DNA of 64,000 nucleotides from the human T2T-CHM13v2.0 reference genome, Homo sapiens: assembly GCF_009914755.1 (NCBI RefSeq), contig NC_060937.1. One strand, 5' to 3'. Positions 1 to 12,483 of the stretch are shown one piece after another (within the stretch, counting starts at the first letter, position 1; each line of letters opens with the position of its first letter). The notes below the pieces were generated by a model. It made no database searches and was not told the DNA's origin. It saw only the letters and a list, made by a program, of their open reading frames with translations. The position numbers were made by a program, and so were the translations under genes.

Positions 1-1060
1 GATGTCATAGAACTGATAAATGCAATATATGAAAACATCTGTAGCTCAAATCATATTTAATGGTAAAAGATAACTGTCATTATAAACTCACGAACAAGGA
101 TGTATGCTCTTACCACTTCTATTCAATATTGTACTATAGATTTTAGTCAAGAAAGTCAAGAAAAAGAAAGAAAAGCATACAGATTGGGAAATAAAAGTAA
201 AACTATGTCTTTTCATAGATGACATGATCTTATATATAGAAAGTCATAAGGCATCCACTTAAAAACTAGTATAAATAATAAATAAGTTCAACATGGTTTC
301 AATTGACATGCTCAGTATACAAACATAGACCAGGCATGGTGGCTCATGCATGTATTCCCAGCACTTCGGGAGACCAAGGCAGGAGGATCATTTGAGACCA
401 GGAGTTGGAGGTCAACTTGGGCAACAAAGCAAGACTTTGTCTCTACAAAAATTAAAAGTATTAGCTGGGTGTTGTGGCATAGGTCTATAGTCCTAGCTAC
501 TTAGGCAGCAGGGGGATTACGAAAGTCTGGGATTTTGAGGTTACCATAAACTGATCACACTGCTGTACTCCAGCATGGGTTACAGAGGGACACTGTCTCA
601 AAACGAAAAACAAACATGAATTTTATCTCTATACATTAACAATGAGCAATCCAAAAATAAAATTTAAAAAATTCAATTTACAATTCAATAAACAAAAAAA
701 TCTTACTACTGGAGAATAAATTTCACAAAAGATGGCAAGACACATAACTTAAAACTACAACGTATTGTTGAAAAAAATTAAAGAATACCTAAATAAATGG
801 AAAGATATCCTTTGTTTAAGGATCAAAAAACTTTATATTTTTAAGAGGGTGATGCTACCCAATTGACCAACAGATTCAACAAAATCTTTTTCAACATTCA
901 ATCTGCCTTTTTGCGGAAACTGACAAAATGATTCTAAAGTCTATATGGAAATGCAAAAGATTCAGAATAGCCAAAACAATTCTGAAAAATCATATGGATT
1001 TGAAGGACTCACAACTCCTTATTTTAAAACTTAGTGCAGGGCTGTATTAATCAAGACAGT
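1..1060 (+). mobile_element. Old L1M ORF2 fragment (interrupted by an Alu)
   Basis: Degenerate L1 RT-region sequence (gatgacatgatcttatat, cagattcaac, gaatagccaaaacaat); no intact ORF. Confidence 0.85.
328..610 (+). mobile_element. Alu (AluJ-like)
   Basis: caggcatggtggctcatg start, dimer with A-rich linker, diverged. Confidence 0.9.
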
Positions 1061-1824
1061 TTTTGTTTGTTTGTCTGTTTGTTTCCTACAGTGGTGGATT
1101 AGAGGCTTTCATCCTGACTCAGCAACCCAGAAATAGCAAGATAGTTCATAAAGATCAGCTCTGTGAGCTTTAATTCTAGAAAGAACAAGGGAATTTACCA
1201 GAATTTTGAAGGACATCCCAGATCCTGGAGAGGAGGATGATAGCAAGCAGCCCCCATGATGGAATCTAGCTGATAAAAATGAGTGAAGACTCAGTAGCTG
1301 AAAGAGGCAGAGAGCTTCTCTCTATGATTCACCTTTCCACTGAGCATCTGAACAACCCAGGCCAAGGGAGAGGATTTTGCTTCTCCCAATCCCTGGAGTT
1401 AACTTGGGTAGAGGCTTGGAGACCCTGTGAGGAAAAATAAAAAACATTGGGAAAAGCTGCAGACATTTTCCTAGACCCAGTACTGAGAAGAGGATGCCAT
1501 TTTTAATCTGAGCATATACAAAATCTGCCATTCTTTGGTGTTCTGGCAACATGGCTGTGAAAGCGTTTCATCTTGGGCCAGAGATTGGAGTACCTTCTCT
1601 GGAGTGGGGTAGGGACCTCCATAGCCAGAACTATGGAAAGTGCCTGAGCAGTGGGCACTGAAATTGTGATCTACCCTCTTGCTTGCCTGAGGCAGGAGGA
1701 GAGCTGCTATAGTGGCAGTTTTCCCTGTGTGGCAAGACTTGCAGCCAGGAGTGGCTTCGCAACCTGGAACTGATTGGCATGTGTCATTGGTGCACCAGCC
1801 GGCTCCTCTGAGATTGTAGTGCAT

Positions 1825-2235
1825 CAAGGCCCTCTCTGTTCCATCCCTGGAGAGAAATCCAGATATTTGGAGCACCTACTTTCCTGGATCAGTAGCCTGA
1901 ACACCATTCCTAGACATATTTTGTCATGCAGCGAGGCTCTCTTTGCTCCAAGCCCACACAGATGTCCAACATTTGGAGCACCTGTTCACCTGGTTCAGCA
2001 GCCTGAGCCACCTCCTCCTTTCTGTGCAGAGATCCTGGTATAGGGGGGACCCTCCCTGCTACATACCTAGGAAAATCTCCAAGCATTCAGAGCACCTGCT
2101 GGCTTGGTCCAGTAGCCTGAGTTACCCCATCTCTGCTTCACAGAGATTTTGGCGGAAGGGACCTCTCTGCTCCACTCCCAGACAGATATCCAGGCATCTG
2201 GAATACCCATTCTCCTGGATCAGAAGCTTAGACTG
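1825..2235 (+). repeat. Diverged tandem units in the L1 5'UTR
   Basis: About four ~110-120 bp units sharing ctct..gct...atttggagcacct..cctgg.tcag.agcctga. Confidence 0.7.
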
Positions 2236-3676
2236 CCGCTGATCCCCATGCAGAGAACTTGCAGCCAAGGAGGTTTCCAAGCTCCATGCCTAGGCATACC
2301 TCTGGGTGCCTGGTGGCCACCCAGTGTATTCTTTCTTGGCACTGGTGTTTGTGTCTGCCATCAGGGAACCAGGAGGTGGACCTGCCAGGTCCAGCCCCAA
2401 CTGTTGTGGCTCTCACTCTCCTGGGGCTGAGCAGAGAGTTCAGACCACTGTTCATTTAATGACTCAGCTGACTGTCCGAGGCAATAGAGAGCTTTTGTCA
2501 GTAAACAAGGATCAAGTATATAACCAGCCACACCAGCCGCAGCCAGCTCTTACCTAAAAGTGTCATCTATGGGCTTGTAAGATAAACTGCACAGCCCAAA
2601 ATAAAATCTATCAGAAGAATTTCACAGGATAATAGAAACAAAGCCAAAAGACCCTACTCAGCATTATCTACAGTCACACCCCCTAAGGAGGAGGAAAAGG
2701 AAAAGGGAAAGAAAATTAATAATAATAATAACAACAACAACATTATAGGGAAATATAGGAAAAGTAAAAAGAAATGCTATCCACACAAAAATAACGACAA
2801 AAATTAGAAGATAAAAATGATACAGTGGCAAGTTGGATAAAAAACAAGACTCATCTGTTTTTTGTCTTCAAGAGACCTGCCTCACACATAGAAACACCCA
2901 AAGACTCAAAGTAAAGGGTTGGAGTAAGAACTATTATGCAAATAGAAAACAAAAAGATCAGGGTCACTATTTTCATATGAGATAAAACAGACTTTGAATT
3001 AACAACAGTAGAAAAGGACAAAAAAGAACATTACATATAGATAAATAATTCGATTCAACAAGAAGACTTAACTAACTTAAATATATAAACATCCAATATT
3101 GGAGCATCCAGTTTCATAAAACAAGTACTTCTAGACCTACAAAAAAACAGCTAGATAATAATTGTCAAGGACTTCATCACCCATTGACAGCATTAGACAA
3201 ATCATCAAGGAAGAAAACTAACAAAAAAATTCTGGACTTAAACTTGACACTTGACCAATTGGACCTAATAAACATCTACAGAGTACCCCACCCATCAATC
3301 ACAAATATACATTCTTCTCATTTGCATGTGGAACATACTCCAAGACTGACTGCATGCTTGGCTATAAAGCAAGTCTCAAGAAATGTTAAAACATTAAAAT
3401 CATACAAAACATACTCTCAAACTACAGTGGAATAAATATAGAATTCAATATCAAGGATATTTCTCAAGGACACAATTACATGCAAATGCAACAACTTGCT
3501 TTAAGACTTTTAGGTAAACAAAATCAAGACTGAAATCAAAAAATTATGTGAAATAAATGTAAACAGAGACAAAACATACCAAAATTCCTCGGATGTAGCA
3601 AAAGCAGTGTTAAGAGGAAGGCTTATAGCACAACTGCCTACCCCCAAAAGTTAGAAAGATCTCAAATTAATAATCT

Positions 3677-3978
3677 GGCTGGGCATGGTGGCTCATGCCT
3701 ATAATTTCAGCACTTTGAGAGGCCAAGGTGGGCAGATTGTTTGAGCTCAGGAGTCTGAAACCAGCCTGGGCAACATGGTGAAATCGTATCTCAACAAAAA
3801 TTTAAAAAGTTAGCCAGGTGTGGTGGTGTGAACTTGGAGTCCCAGATATCTGGGGAGCTGAGGCAGGAGGATCATTTGCTCTCATGAGGTTGAGGCTGAA
3901 ATGAGCCATGATCATGCCACTGCACTCCAGCCTCAGTGACAAAGCAAGACCTTGTCTCAAAAACAAACAAACAAAAAA
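3677..3978 (+). mobile_element. Alu (AluJ/S)
   Basis: ggctgggcatggtggctc...caaaaacaaac; short TSD-like aataatct/aaaaatct. Confidence 0.92.
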
Positions 3979-4269
3979 TCTAACGTCATACCTGGAGGAA
4001 CTAGAAAAACAAGAATAAACTAACCCCAAAGCGAGCAGAAGAAAAAAATAACTAAAATCGGAGTGGAACTGAATGAAATTTAGACACAAAAAATCCACAC
4101 AAAGAAACAATTAAACCAAAAGTTGGTTCTTTGAAAGATAAACAAGATAAACAGACCATTTGCTGGATTATTAATTACAAAAAGAGAGAAGATCCAAATA
4201 AGCCCAATCAGAAATGACAAAGATGACCTCACAACTCACCCCACAGGAACACAAAAGATTTTCAGAGAC

Positions 4270-4585
4270 AGCTTGGCATGGTGGCTCATACCTGTAATTC
4301 CAGCACCATGGAAGGCTAAGGCAGGCGGATCACTTGAGGTCAGGAGTTTGAGACCAGCCTGGCCAACATGGTGAAACCCTGTCTCTACTAAAAATACAAA
4401 AATTAGCCAGGCTTGGTGGTGCATGCCTGTAATCCCAGCTACTCAGGCGACTGAGACAGGAGAATTGCTTGAACCTGGGAGGTGAAGTTTGTAGTGAGCT
4501 GACATTGTGCCATGGCATGTCAGCCTGGGTGACAGAGCAAGATTCCATCTTAAAAATCAAAATAACAACAACAACAACAACAACA
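4270..4585 (+). mobile_element. AluS with (CAA)n tail
   Basis: Alu dimer; TSD aaaagattttcagaga / aaaagatcctcagaga. Confidence 0.93.
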
Positions 4586-6708
4586 AAAGATCCTCAGAGA
4601 CTATTATGAACACCTCTATGCACAAAAACTAGAAAATCTGGAGAAAATGAATAAATTCATAGAAACACACAATCTGTCAAGATTCAGTCAGGAAGAAAAT
4701 GAAACACTGAACAGACCAATATGGAGTTCTGAAATTGAGCCAATAATAATAATAATAAAACACCTACCAAACAAAAAAGCACCAGAACAGACAGATTCAC
4801 AGCTGAATTCTGCAAGATGTACAAAGAACAGCTGGTACCAATTCTACTGAAACTGTTTCAAAAATTGTGGTGAAAGGACTCTATCTCATTCTATGAAGCT
4901 AACATCACCCTGATACCAAAACCTGGCAAAGACACAGTAAAAAGAAAATGAAACTAGAGGCCAATATTCCTGAGGATCATAGATGCAAAAATCTTCAACA
5001 AAACACTAGCAAACGAAATCCAGCAGCACATTAAAAAGTTAATTCACCATGTTTAAGTATGCCTCATTCCTGGAGTGCAAGGTTGGCTAACACATGCAAA
5101 TCAATAATGTGATTCCTCAGATAAACAGAATTAGAAACAAATATGATCATCTCAATATACACAGAGAAAACTTCTGATAAAATCCTACTACATCCCTTCA
5201 TGATACAAACAACTCAATAAATAGTCATCAAAAGAATATACTTGAAAATTGTAAGAGCCATTCATGACAAACCCACAGTCAACATTCTACTGAATTGGCA
5301 AAAACTGGAGCATTCCCCTTGAGAACTGGAACAAGACAAGGATGCACACTGTTACCATTCCTATTCAACATAGTCCTGGAAGTCCTAGCCAGAGCGTTCA
5401 GGCAACCGAAAGAAATAAAAGACATCCAAATAAGAAAAGAAGAATTCAAACTATCTCTCTTCACAGACTGCATGATTTTATACCTTGAAAACTTTAAGAA
5501 CTCCATCAAAAGGCTCCTAGAACTGATAAGAGACTTCAGCAATGTTTCAAGATACAAAATCAACATATAAAAATTGATCATATTTCTATACACCAATAAT
5601 ATTCAAGCTGAGAGTGAAATCATGAATTCAATCCCATTTAAAATAGCCACAAAAATTAAAACACCTAGGAATACATCTAACCAAGAAAGTGAAAGATCTC
5701 TGCAAAAAAAACTGTGAAACACTGCTAAAAAAATCATAGATGACACAAACAACTGGAAAAACATTCCATGCCCAGAAGAATGTTGGAAGAATCAATATCA
5801 TTAGAATCAATTAGAAGAATCAATATCATTAAAATGGCCATGCTTCCCAAAGCAATCTACAGAATAAATGCTTTTCCATCAAGCTACTGTCATTTTTCAC
5901 AAAATTGGAAAAAAACTATTCTAAAATGCATATGGAACCAAAAAGAGCCGAAGTAGCCAAAGCAATCCTAAGTGAAAAGAACAAAGTTGGAGGCATCACA
6001 CTAGCCATCTTCAAACTATGCTATACTGTAGTAATCAAAATAGCATGGCACTCATACAAAAACAGACATGTAGACCAATGGAGCAGAATAGAGAGCCCAG
6101 AAATAAAGCTACACTTATAGCCATCTAATCTTCCACAAAATCAGCAAAAATAAGCAATGGGAAAGGACTTCCTATTCAATAAATAGTGCTTGGATTGCTA
6201 ACTAACCATATGCAAAAGAATTAACTGGAACCCTGACGTTTCACAGTATACAAAAATTAATTCAAGGTGGATTAAAGGTTGAAATATGAAACCTAAAACT
6301 ATAAGAATACTAGAAGAAAACTTAGCAAACACTATTCTGGATGTGGGCCTTGGAAAAAAAAATGACTAAGTCTTCAAAAGTAATTGCAACATAAATAAAA
6401 ATTAACAAGTGCAACCTAATTAAACTAAAGAGCTTCTGCACAGCAAAAGAAGCTAGCAACAGAGTTAACAGATAACCTACAAAATGGGAGAAAATATTCA
6501 CAAACCATACATCCAAGAAAGATCAAATATTCAGTATTTATAAGGAAATTGAACAATTGAACAAGCTAAAACCAAATAATCCCATTATAAAATGAGCAAA
6601 ATATATGAACAGACACTTCTTAAAAGAATACATAGAAGCAGCCAACAAACATATGACAAAATGCTCATTATCACTAATCAGCAGAGAAATGCAAGTGAAA
6701 ACCACACA

Positions 6709-6888
6709 AAGATATGACTCATACGCATTAGGTTGGCTAAGATAAGAAAATCAGACCAAAAAAATGGTGAGGATAGAAAGAAATTATAACATTTATTCCT
6801 TACTTATGAAATTGTAATTATAAGTGTTGTAGCCACTTTGGAAAACTGTTTGGCAAATCTCTAAATGTTAAAAACAGAGTTACCATAT
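6709..6888 (+). mobile_element. Old L1M ORF2 3' part (resumes at 16043)
   Basis: gtagccactttggaaaactgtttggc...gagttaccatat continues as tcatataatccaggaatctactcctagg after the nested insertions. Confidence 0.7.
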
Positions 6889-7014
6889 TTATTGTATGTA
6901 TGTACATACTTCATATTTTCTGAATATTATGATGTTTTGTTATCTTAAAAGTAAAAAAAAAAAATCTTTCTGGCTGGGTAGAGACTGTTCCTTCCAGGAG
7001 TTGGCAACTCTGGC
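6889..7014 (+). mobile_element. ERV1-type solo LTR, 5' part (MER39-like)
   Basis: Non-L1 sequence interrupting the old L1; appears to continue at ~15224; catat on both sides of the whole insert. Confidence 0.5.
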
Positions 7015-7221
7015 TTTTTTCTTGATGCATAATAATTGTACATATTTATGGAGTATATGTAATATTTTGATACATGCATACAATGGGTAATGATCACATT
7101 ATAGTATTTAGCATAGCCATGATCCCAAACATTTATCATTTGTTTGATACCAATGTTGTGTTGGAAACATATTAAATCCTTTCTTCTAGTTATTTTGAAA
7201 TACATAATACATTGTTGTTAA
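7015..7221 (-). mobile_element. L1MA 3' end (antisense), first part
   Basis: T-run then ataattgtacatatttatgg..., typical L1MA 3'UTR reverse complement. Confidence 0.8.
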
Positions 7222-8177
7222 GGGTCCATTCCAAGATGGCCGAATAGGAAGAGCTCTGGTCTGCAGCTCCCAGTGTGATTGACCCAGAAGATGAGTGATT
7301 TCTGCATTTCCAACTGAGGTACTGGTTAATCTCATTGGGACTGGTTGGACAGTAGGTGCAGCCCATGGAGGGCATGCCAAAGCAGGGCAGGGCATCGCCT
7401 CACCCAGGAAGTGCAAGGGATCAGGGGATTTCCCTTTCCTAGTCAAGGAAAGCCGTGACAGACTGTACCTGGAAAACTGGTACACTCCCGCCCAAATACT
7501 GCGCTTTTTCCACAGTCTTAGCAACTGGCAGACTAGGAGATTCTCTCATGTGCCTGGCTTAGTGGGTTCCAAGCCCATGGAGCCTTGCTCACTGCTAGCA
7601 TGGCAGTCTGAGATCCACCTGCAAGACTGCAACTGAGGAGGGGAAGGGGCATCCACTATTGCTGAGGCTTCAGTAGGTAAACAAAGTGGCCTGGAAGCTC
7701 GAACTGGGTGGAGCCCACTGCAGCTCAGCAAGGCCTACTCCCTCTATAGACTCCACCTCTGTGGGCAGGGCATAGCTAAACAAAAGGCAGCAAACAACTT
7801 CTGCAGACTTAAGTGTCCCTGTCTGACAGCTCTGAAGAGAGCAGTGGTTCTCCCAGCATGGCTTTTGAGCTCTGAGAACGAACAGACTGCCTCCTCAAGT
7901 GGGTCCCTGACCCCCATGTAGCCTAACTGGGAGACACCTCCCAGTAGGGACCAACAGACACCTCATATGTGTGGGTGCCCCTCTGGGACGAAGCTTCCAG
8001 AGGAAGAATCAGGCAGCAATATTTGCTGTTCTGTAATATTTGCTATTCTGCAGCCTCTGTTGGTGATACCCAAGCAAACAGCGTCTGGAGTGGACCTCCA
8101 GCAAACTTGAACAGACTTGCAGCTGAGGGACCTTACTGTTAGAAGGAAAACTAACAAACAGAAAGGAATAGCATCAA

Positions 8178-8582
8178 CTACGCAGGAATTGCAAATGCAA
8201 ACCCTTCACAGTCTTGCTCAGCTAAGGGGATAGTAAGGAAACAGTCTTTTAAATCTATGACTATTAAAGGCCAATTTTTCAGAATCATAGCAGGAGAAGG
8301 CAATCCTGGCAGTAATGCCCACATAGGTTGTATAACTGAATTAATGGCCCTTAAGTCAGTTAACATTCTCCATTTACCTGATTTTTTCTTGATTACAAAA
8401 ACTGGAGAATTCCAAGGGGAAAATGTTGGAGCTATGTGTCCTTTTTCTAATTGTTCAGTAACTAAGTCCTCTAAAGCCTCCAGTTTCTCTTTACTTAGTG
8501 GCCATTGTACTATCCAAATTGGCTTATCTCTTAACCATTTTAAAGATATAGGTTCTGGAGGCTTAACAATGGCTGCCATCAA
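8178..8582 (-). pseudogene. Betaretrovirus-like pol, RT N-terminal fragment
   Basis: ORF track peptide; truncated before the YMDD motif at the L1 junction. Confidence 0.9.
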
Positions 8583-9984
8583 AAATGATATCCTAAACCT
8601 TGGTGGGAACTTTGTCTTTCCGCTTGAAGTGGTTCCTTCAAAACTTGTAAATTTTTTCCTAGCCCCATACCAGGGACATACCCCATTTCATTCATCATAT
8701 GTTGACTTTGAGGGCTGTATAATTGCTCTGGAATTAGAACTTGTGCTCCTCATTGTTGTAATAAATCCCTTCCCCATAAATTTATAGGTACAGAAGTTAT
8801 ACTTGGTTGAATAGTCAAAGGTTGTTCATTGGGCCCTTCACAATGCAAAATATAACTAATTTGATATACTTCAGGGGCTTTACCAACTCCAACTATGTTA
8901 AATTGAGCAGGTTGAATTGGCCACGTGGACGGCCAGTGCTGTGGAGAAATAATTGAAACGTCCACTCCCGTTTCTACCAAACCTTTAAATTTCTTTCCCT
9001 GAATAGTTATTTCACAGGTAGGACGTTTATTAGTAATTTAATTCACCCAGTAAGCTGCTGTGCCTTGTTTATTTGTGCTTCAAAATCCTCCTGTTCATTT
9101 AGTTTCACTTTTCCCCATTTCCACATACAGCACAATCAGGAGCTGTGCTATGTGCTTTCTTGGCTCTGCTTTCCAGGGAACAGAAGTAGATATAACAATT
9201 TGAATTTCCCCATTGTAATCTGAATCAATGACTCCTGTATGTACTTGCACTCCTTTTGAATTTAAACTAGATCTACCTAGAAGTAATCCTACAGTTCCTG
9301 CTCGCAACATCTGACTAGAGATAGCAATATTCTTTAACAGTCCCATTACAAAAGGAGAACCTGGTCCATATTGATTAATAGCTTATTTAAATTCTTTGAG
9401 TAATTCAAAAGGAAAGGGCTCAAATGTAGCTACAATATTTCCCTGTTGATCTCGGGGTGCGGGGGCGGTAACCTAACAGGGAACTGCCAAGCCCCTATAT
9501 CACCCTCTCATCTAGCTTGCTGAATTCCTGCCTGAATAGAACTGAGAGCGGTCACTCAAGGCCCTGCTCGAAGAGTCACTGGGGCAACTACTTCTCACCT
9601 AGTGTCCTCAGGAAAAGAAAGATCTGGAGGGTCAGGCCACTCTTTTTCTTCAAAATAGTGAGGGGGTGCAGAAGGGTAGGGACAAACCTCTCCCTCCTTT
9701 GCCACTTTAGCTTTAGGTGGGAAAGAAACCTGCTCTGTCATATCTTCTGTTAATTCGTTATACTCTCCTTCCTCCTCATCATCAGTGTGAAAAGGTTCCA
9801 AGGTGGAATGAGCCAGAGCCCACACTTGTCCCATTATTACCTTGATGCTTCTGAGCTCCCCTTCTTACTCACCACAGGGATTGCTTGAGAATACTCAGGT
9901 GTCCTCCAGCTTAGTTCCATGTTCTCCAACCGTCACTCTGGTGACCCTTAAATACCGGTTCAAGCCCCATGTATGGGCACCCCT
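8179..9984 (-). mobile_element. HERV-K(HML-3)/HERVK9 internal fragment: PBS, partial gag, dUTPase-pro, RT N-terminus
   Basis: Gag MGQVWALAHSTLEPFH (9834); dUTPase GRSS, GVIDSDYNG; protease LVETGVDVSII..LWGRDLL; [35 protein letters not shown]. Confidence 0.93.
9964..9982 (-). promoter_or_regulatory. Degenerate tRNA-Lys primer binding site
   Basis: Minus strand ggtgcccatacatggggc just after the LTR end, resembling TGGCGCCCAACGTGGGGC. Confidence 0.75.
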
Positions 9985-10281
9985 TGCCTAGACCAGCTCA
10001 GTCGTGGAGACACTAACCCAGTGGCGCTAGAGTAATTAAGGACACACACACAGAAATTTAGAGTGCAGAGTGGGAATCAGGGTGCTGACAGCCTTCAGAG
10101 CTGAGAGCCATGAACAGAGTTTTACCCACAAATTTATTGACAGCAAGTCAGTGATAAGCCTTGTTTCTATAGATTATAGATTAACTAAAACGGGAAACAA
10201 AGGTATGGGCTTTAGCTAGTTATCTGTAGCAGGAACATGTCCTCAAGGCACAGTTCACTCATGCTATTGTTTGTGGTTCAG
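9985..10281 (-). mobile_element. MER9 5' LTR, 5'-truncated (~300 bp)
   Basis: Minus strand ends ctagcgccactgggttagtgtctccacgactgagctggtctaggca; AATAAA near 10133-10138. Confidence 0.85.
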
Positions 10282-10974
10282 CCAATACAGGGGCACCCAG
10301 ATTCATAAAGGAAGTCCTTAGAGACCTACAAAGAGACTTAGACTCCCAGACAATAATACTGGGAGACTTTAACACCTCACTGTCAATATTAGACAGATCA
10401 ATGAGACAGAAGGTTAAGAAAGATATCCAGAACTTGAACTCAGCTCTGGACCAAACAGATCTAATAGATGTCTACAGAACTCTACACCCCAAATCAATAG
10501 AATATACATTTTTCTTAGCAGCACATTGCACTTATTCTAAAATTGACCACATAATAGGTAGTAAAACACTCCTCAGCGAATGCAAAAGAACGGAAGTCAC
10601 AAAAAAACTGTCTCTTAGACAACAGGGCCATGAAATTAGAACTCAGGATTAAGAAACACACTCAAAACCACACAACAATATGGAAATTGAACAATATGCT
10701 CCTGAATGACAACTGGGTAAATAATAAAATGAAGGCAGAAATAAATATGTTCTTTGAAACCAGTGAGAACAAAGACACAACATACAAGAATTTCTGGGAC
10801 ACATTTGAAGCAGTGTGCAGGGGAAATTTATAGCACTAAATGCCCACAAGATAAAGCAGGAAACATCTAAAATCAACTCCCTAACATCACAATTAAAAGA
10901 ACTAGAGAAGCAAGAGCAAACACATTCAAAAGCTAGCAGAAGGCAAGAGATAACTAAGATCAGAGCAGAACTGA

Positions 10975-11166
<192 letters not shown>

Positions 11167-11217
11167 TGAGAATACTGCAAACACCTCTATGCAAATAAAC
11201 TAAAATATCTAGAAGAA

Positions 11218-12483
11218 GTGAAAAAATTCCTGGACACATACACTCTCCCAAGACTAAACCAGGAAAAGGTTGAATCTCTGAATAGACAAGTAACAGACTC
11301 TGAAATTGAGGCAATAATTAATAGCCTACCAACCAAAAAAAGGCCAGGACCAGACGGATTCACAGCCGAATTCTACCAGAGGTACAAAAAGGAGCTGGTA
11401 CCATTCCTTCTGAAACTATTCCAATCAATAGAAAAAGAGGGAATCCTCCCTAACTCATTTTATGAGGCCAGCGTCATCCTGATATCAAAGCCTGGCAGAG
11501 ACACAACAAAAAAAGATAATTTTAGACCAATATCCCTGATGAACATTGATGCAAAAATCCTCAATAAAATACTGGCAAATCAAATCCAGAAGCACATCAA
11601 AAAGCTTATCCACCATGATCAAGTTGGCTTCATCCCTGGGATGAAAGAGTGTTTCAACATACACAAATCAATAAATGTAATCCATCACATAAACAGAAGC
11701 AATGACAAAAACCACATGATTATGTCAATAGATGCAGAAAAGGCCTTCAAAAAAATTCAACAGCCCTTCATGTCAAAAACTCTCAATAAACTAGGTATTG
11801 ATGGAACATATCTCAAAATAATAAGAGCTGTTTATGACAAACCCACAGCCAATATCATACTGAATGGACAAAAACTGGAAGCATTCCCTTTGAAAACCAA
11901 GGGCACAAGACAAGGATGCCCTCTCTCACCACTCCTATTCAACATGGTGTTGGAAGTTCTGGCCAGGGCAATCAGGAAAGATAAACAAATAAGGGGTATT
12001 CAATTAGGAAAAGAGGAAGTCAAATTTTCCCTGCTTGCAGATGACATGATTGTACATTTAGAAAACCCCATCATCTCAGCCCCAAATCTCCTTAAGCTGA
12101 TAAGGAACTTCAGCAAAATTTCAGGATACAAAATCAATGTGCAAAAATTACAAGTATTCCTATACACCAATAACAGACAAACAGAGAGCCAAATCATGAG
12201 TGAACACCCATTCACAATTACTACAAAGAGAATAAAATACCTGGAAATCCAATTTACAAGGGACGTGAAGGACCTCTTCAAAGAGGACTACAAACCACTG
12301 CTCAATAAAATAAAAGAGGACACAAACAAATGGAAGAATATTCCATGCTCATGGGTAGGTAGAATCAATATCGTGAAAATGGTCATACTGCCCAAGGTAT
12401 TTTATAGATTCAATGCCCTCCCCATCAAGCTACCAATAACTTTCTTCAAGTTATTTAAAGTAGAATTGGAAAATCTACTTTAA
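11218..12483 (+). pseudogene. L1 ORF2 Z/RT domain, 421-codon open remnant
   Basis: [32 protein letters not shown]; surrounded by stops and frameshifts. Confidence 0.92.

Larger units (their letters stand above)
1085..6708 (+). mobile_element. L1 (older primate L1PA13-16/L1PB-type): 5'UTR plus ORF2, ORF1 deleted, 3' end missing
   Basis: GC-richer 5'UTR ~1085-2700 with internal repeats; jumps at ~2810 into ORF2 endonuclease; ORF2 peptides ([27 protein letters not shown]) broken by stops and frameshifts. Confidence 0.85.

Noticed and set aside
1322-2557. Cluster of overlapping ORFs in GC-richer sequence
   Set aside because: Lies in an L1 5'UTR; no recognisable protein, and GC content explains the lack of stops.
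11218-12483. 421-aa ORF as a functional gene
   Set aside because: It is an L1 ORF2 remnant with stops and frameshifts on both sides and a truncated endonuclease.
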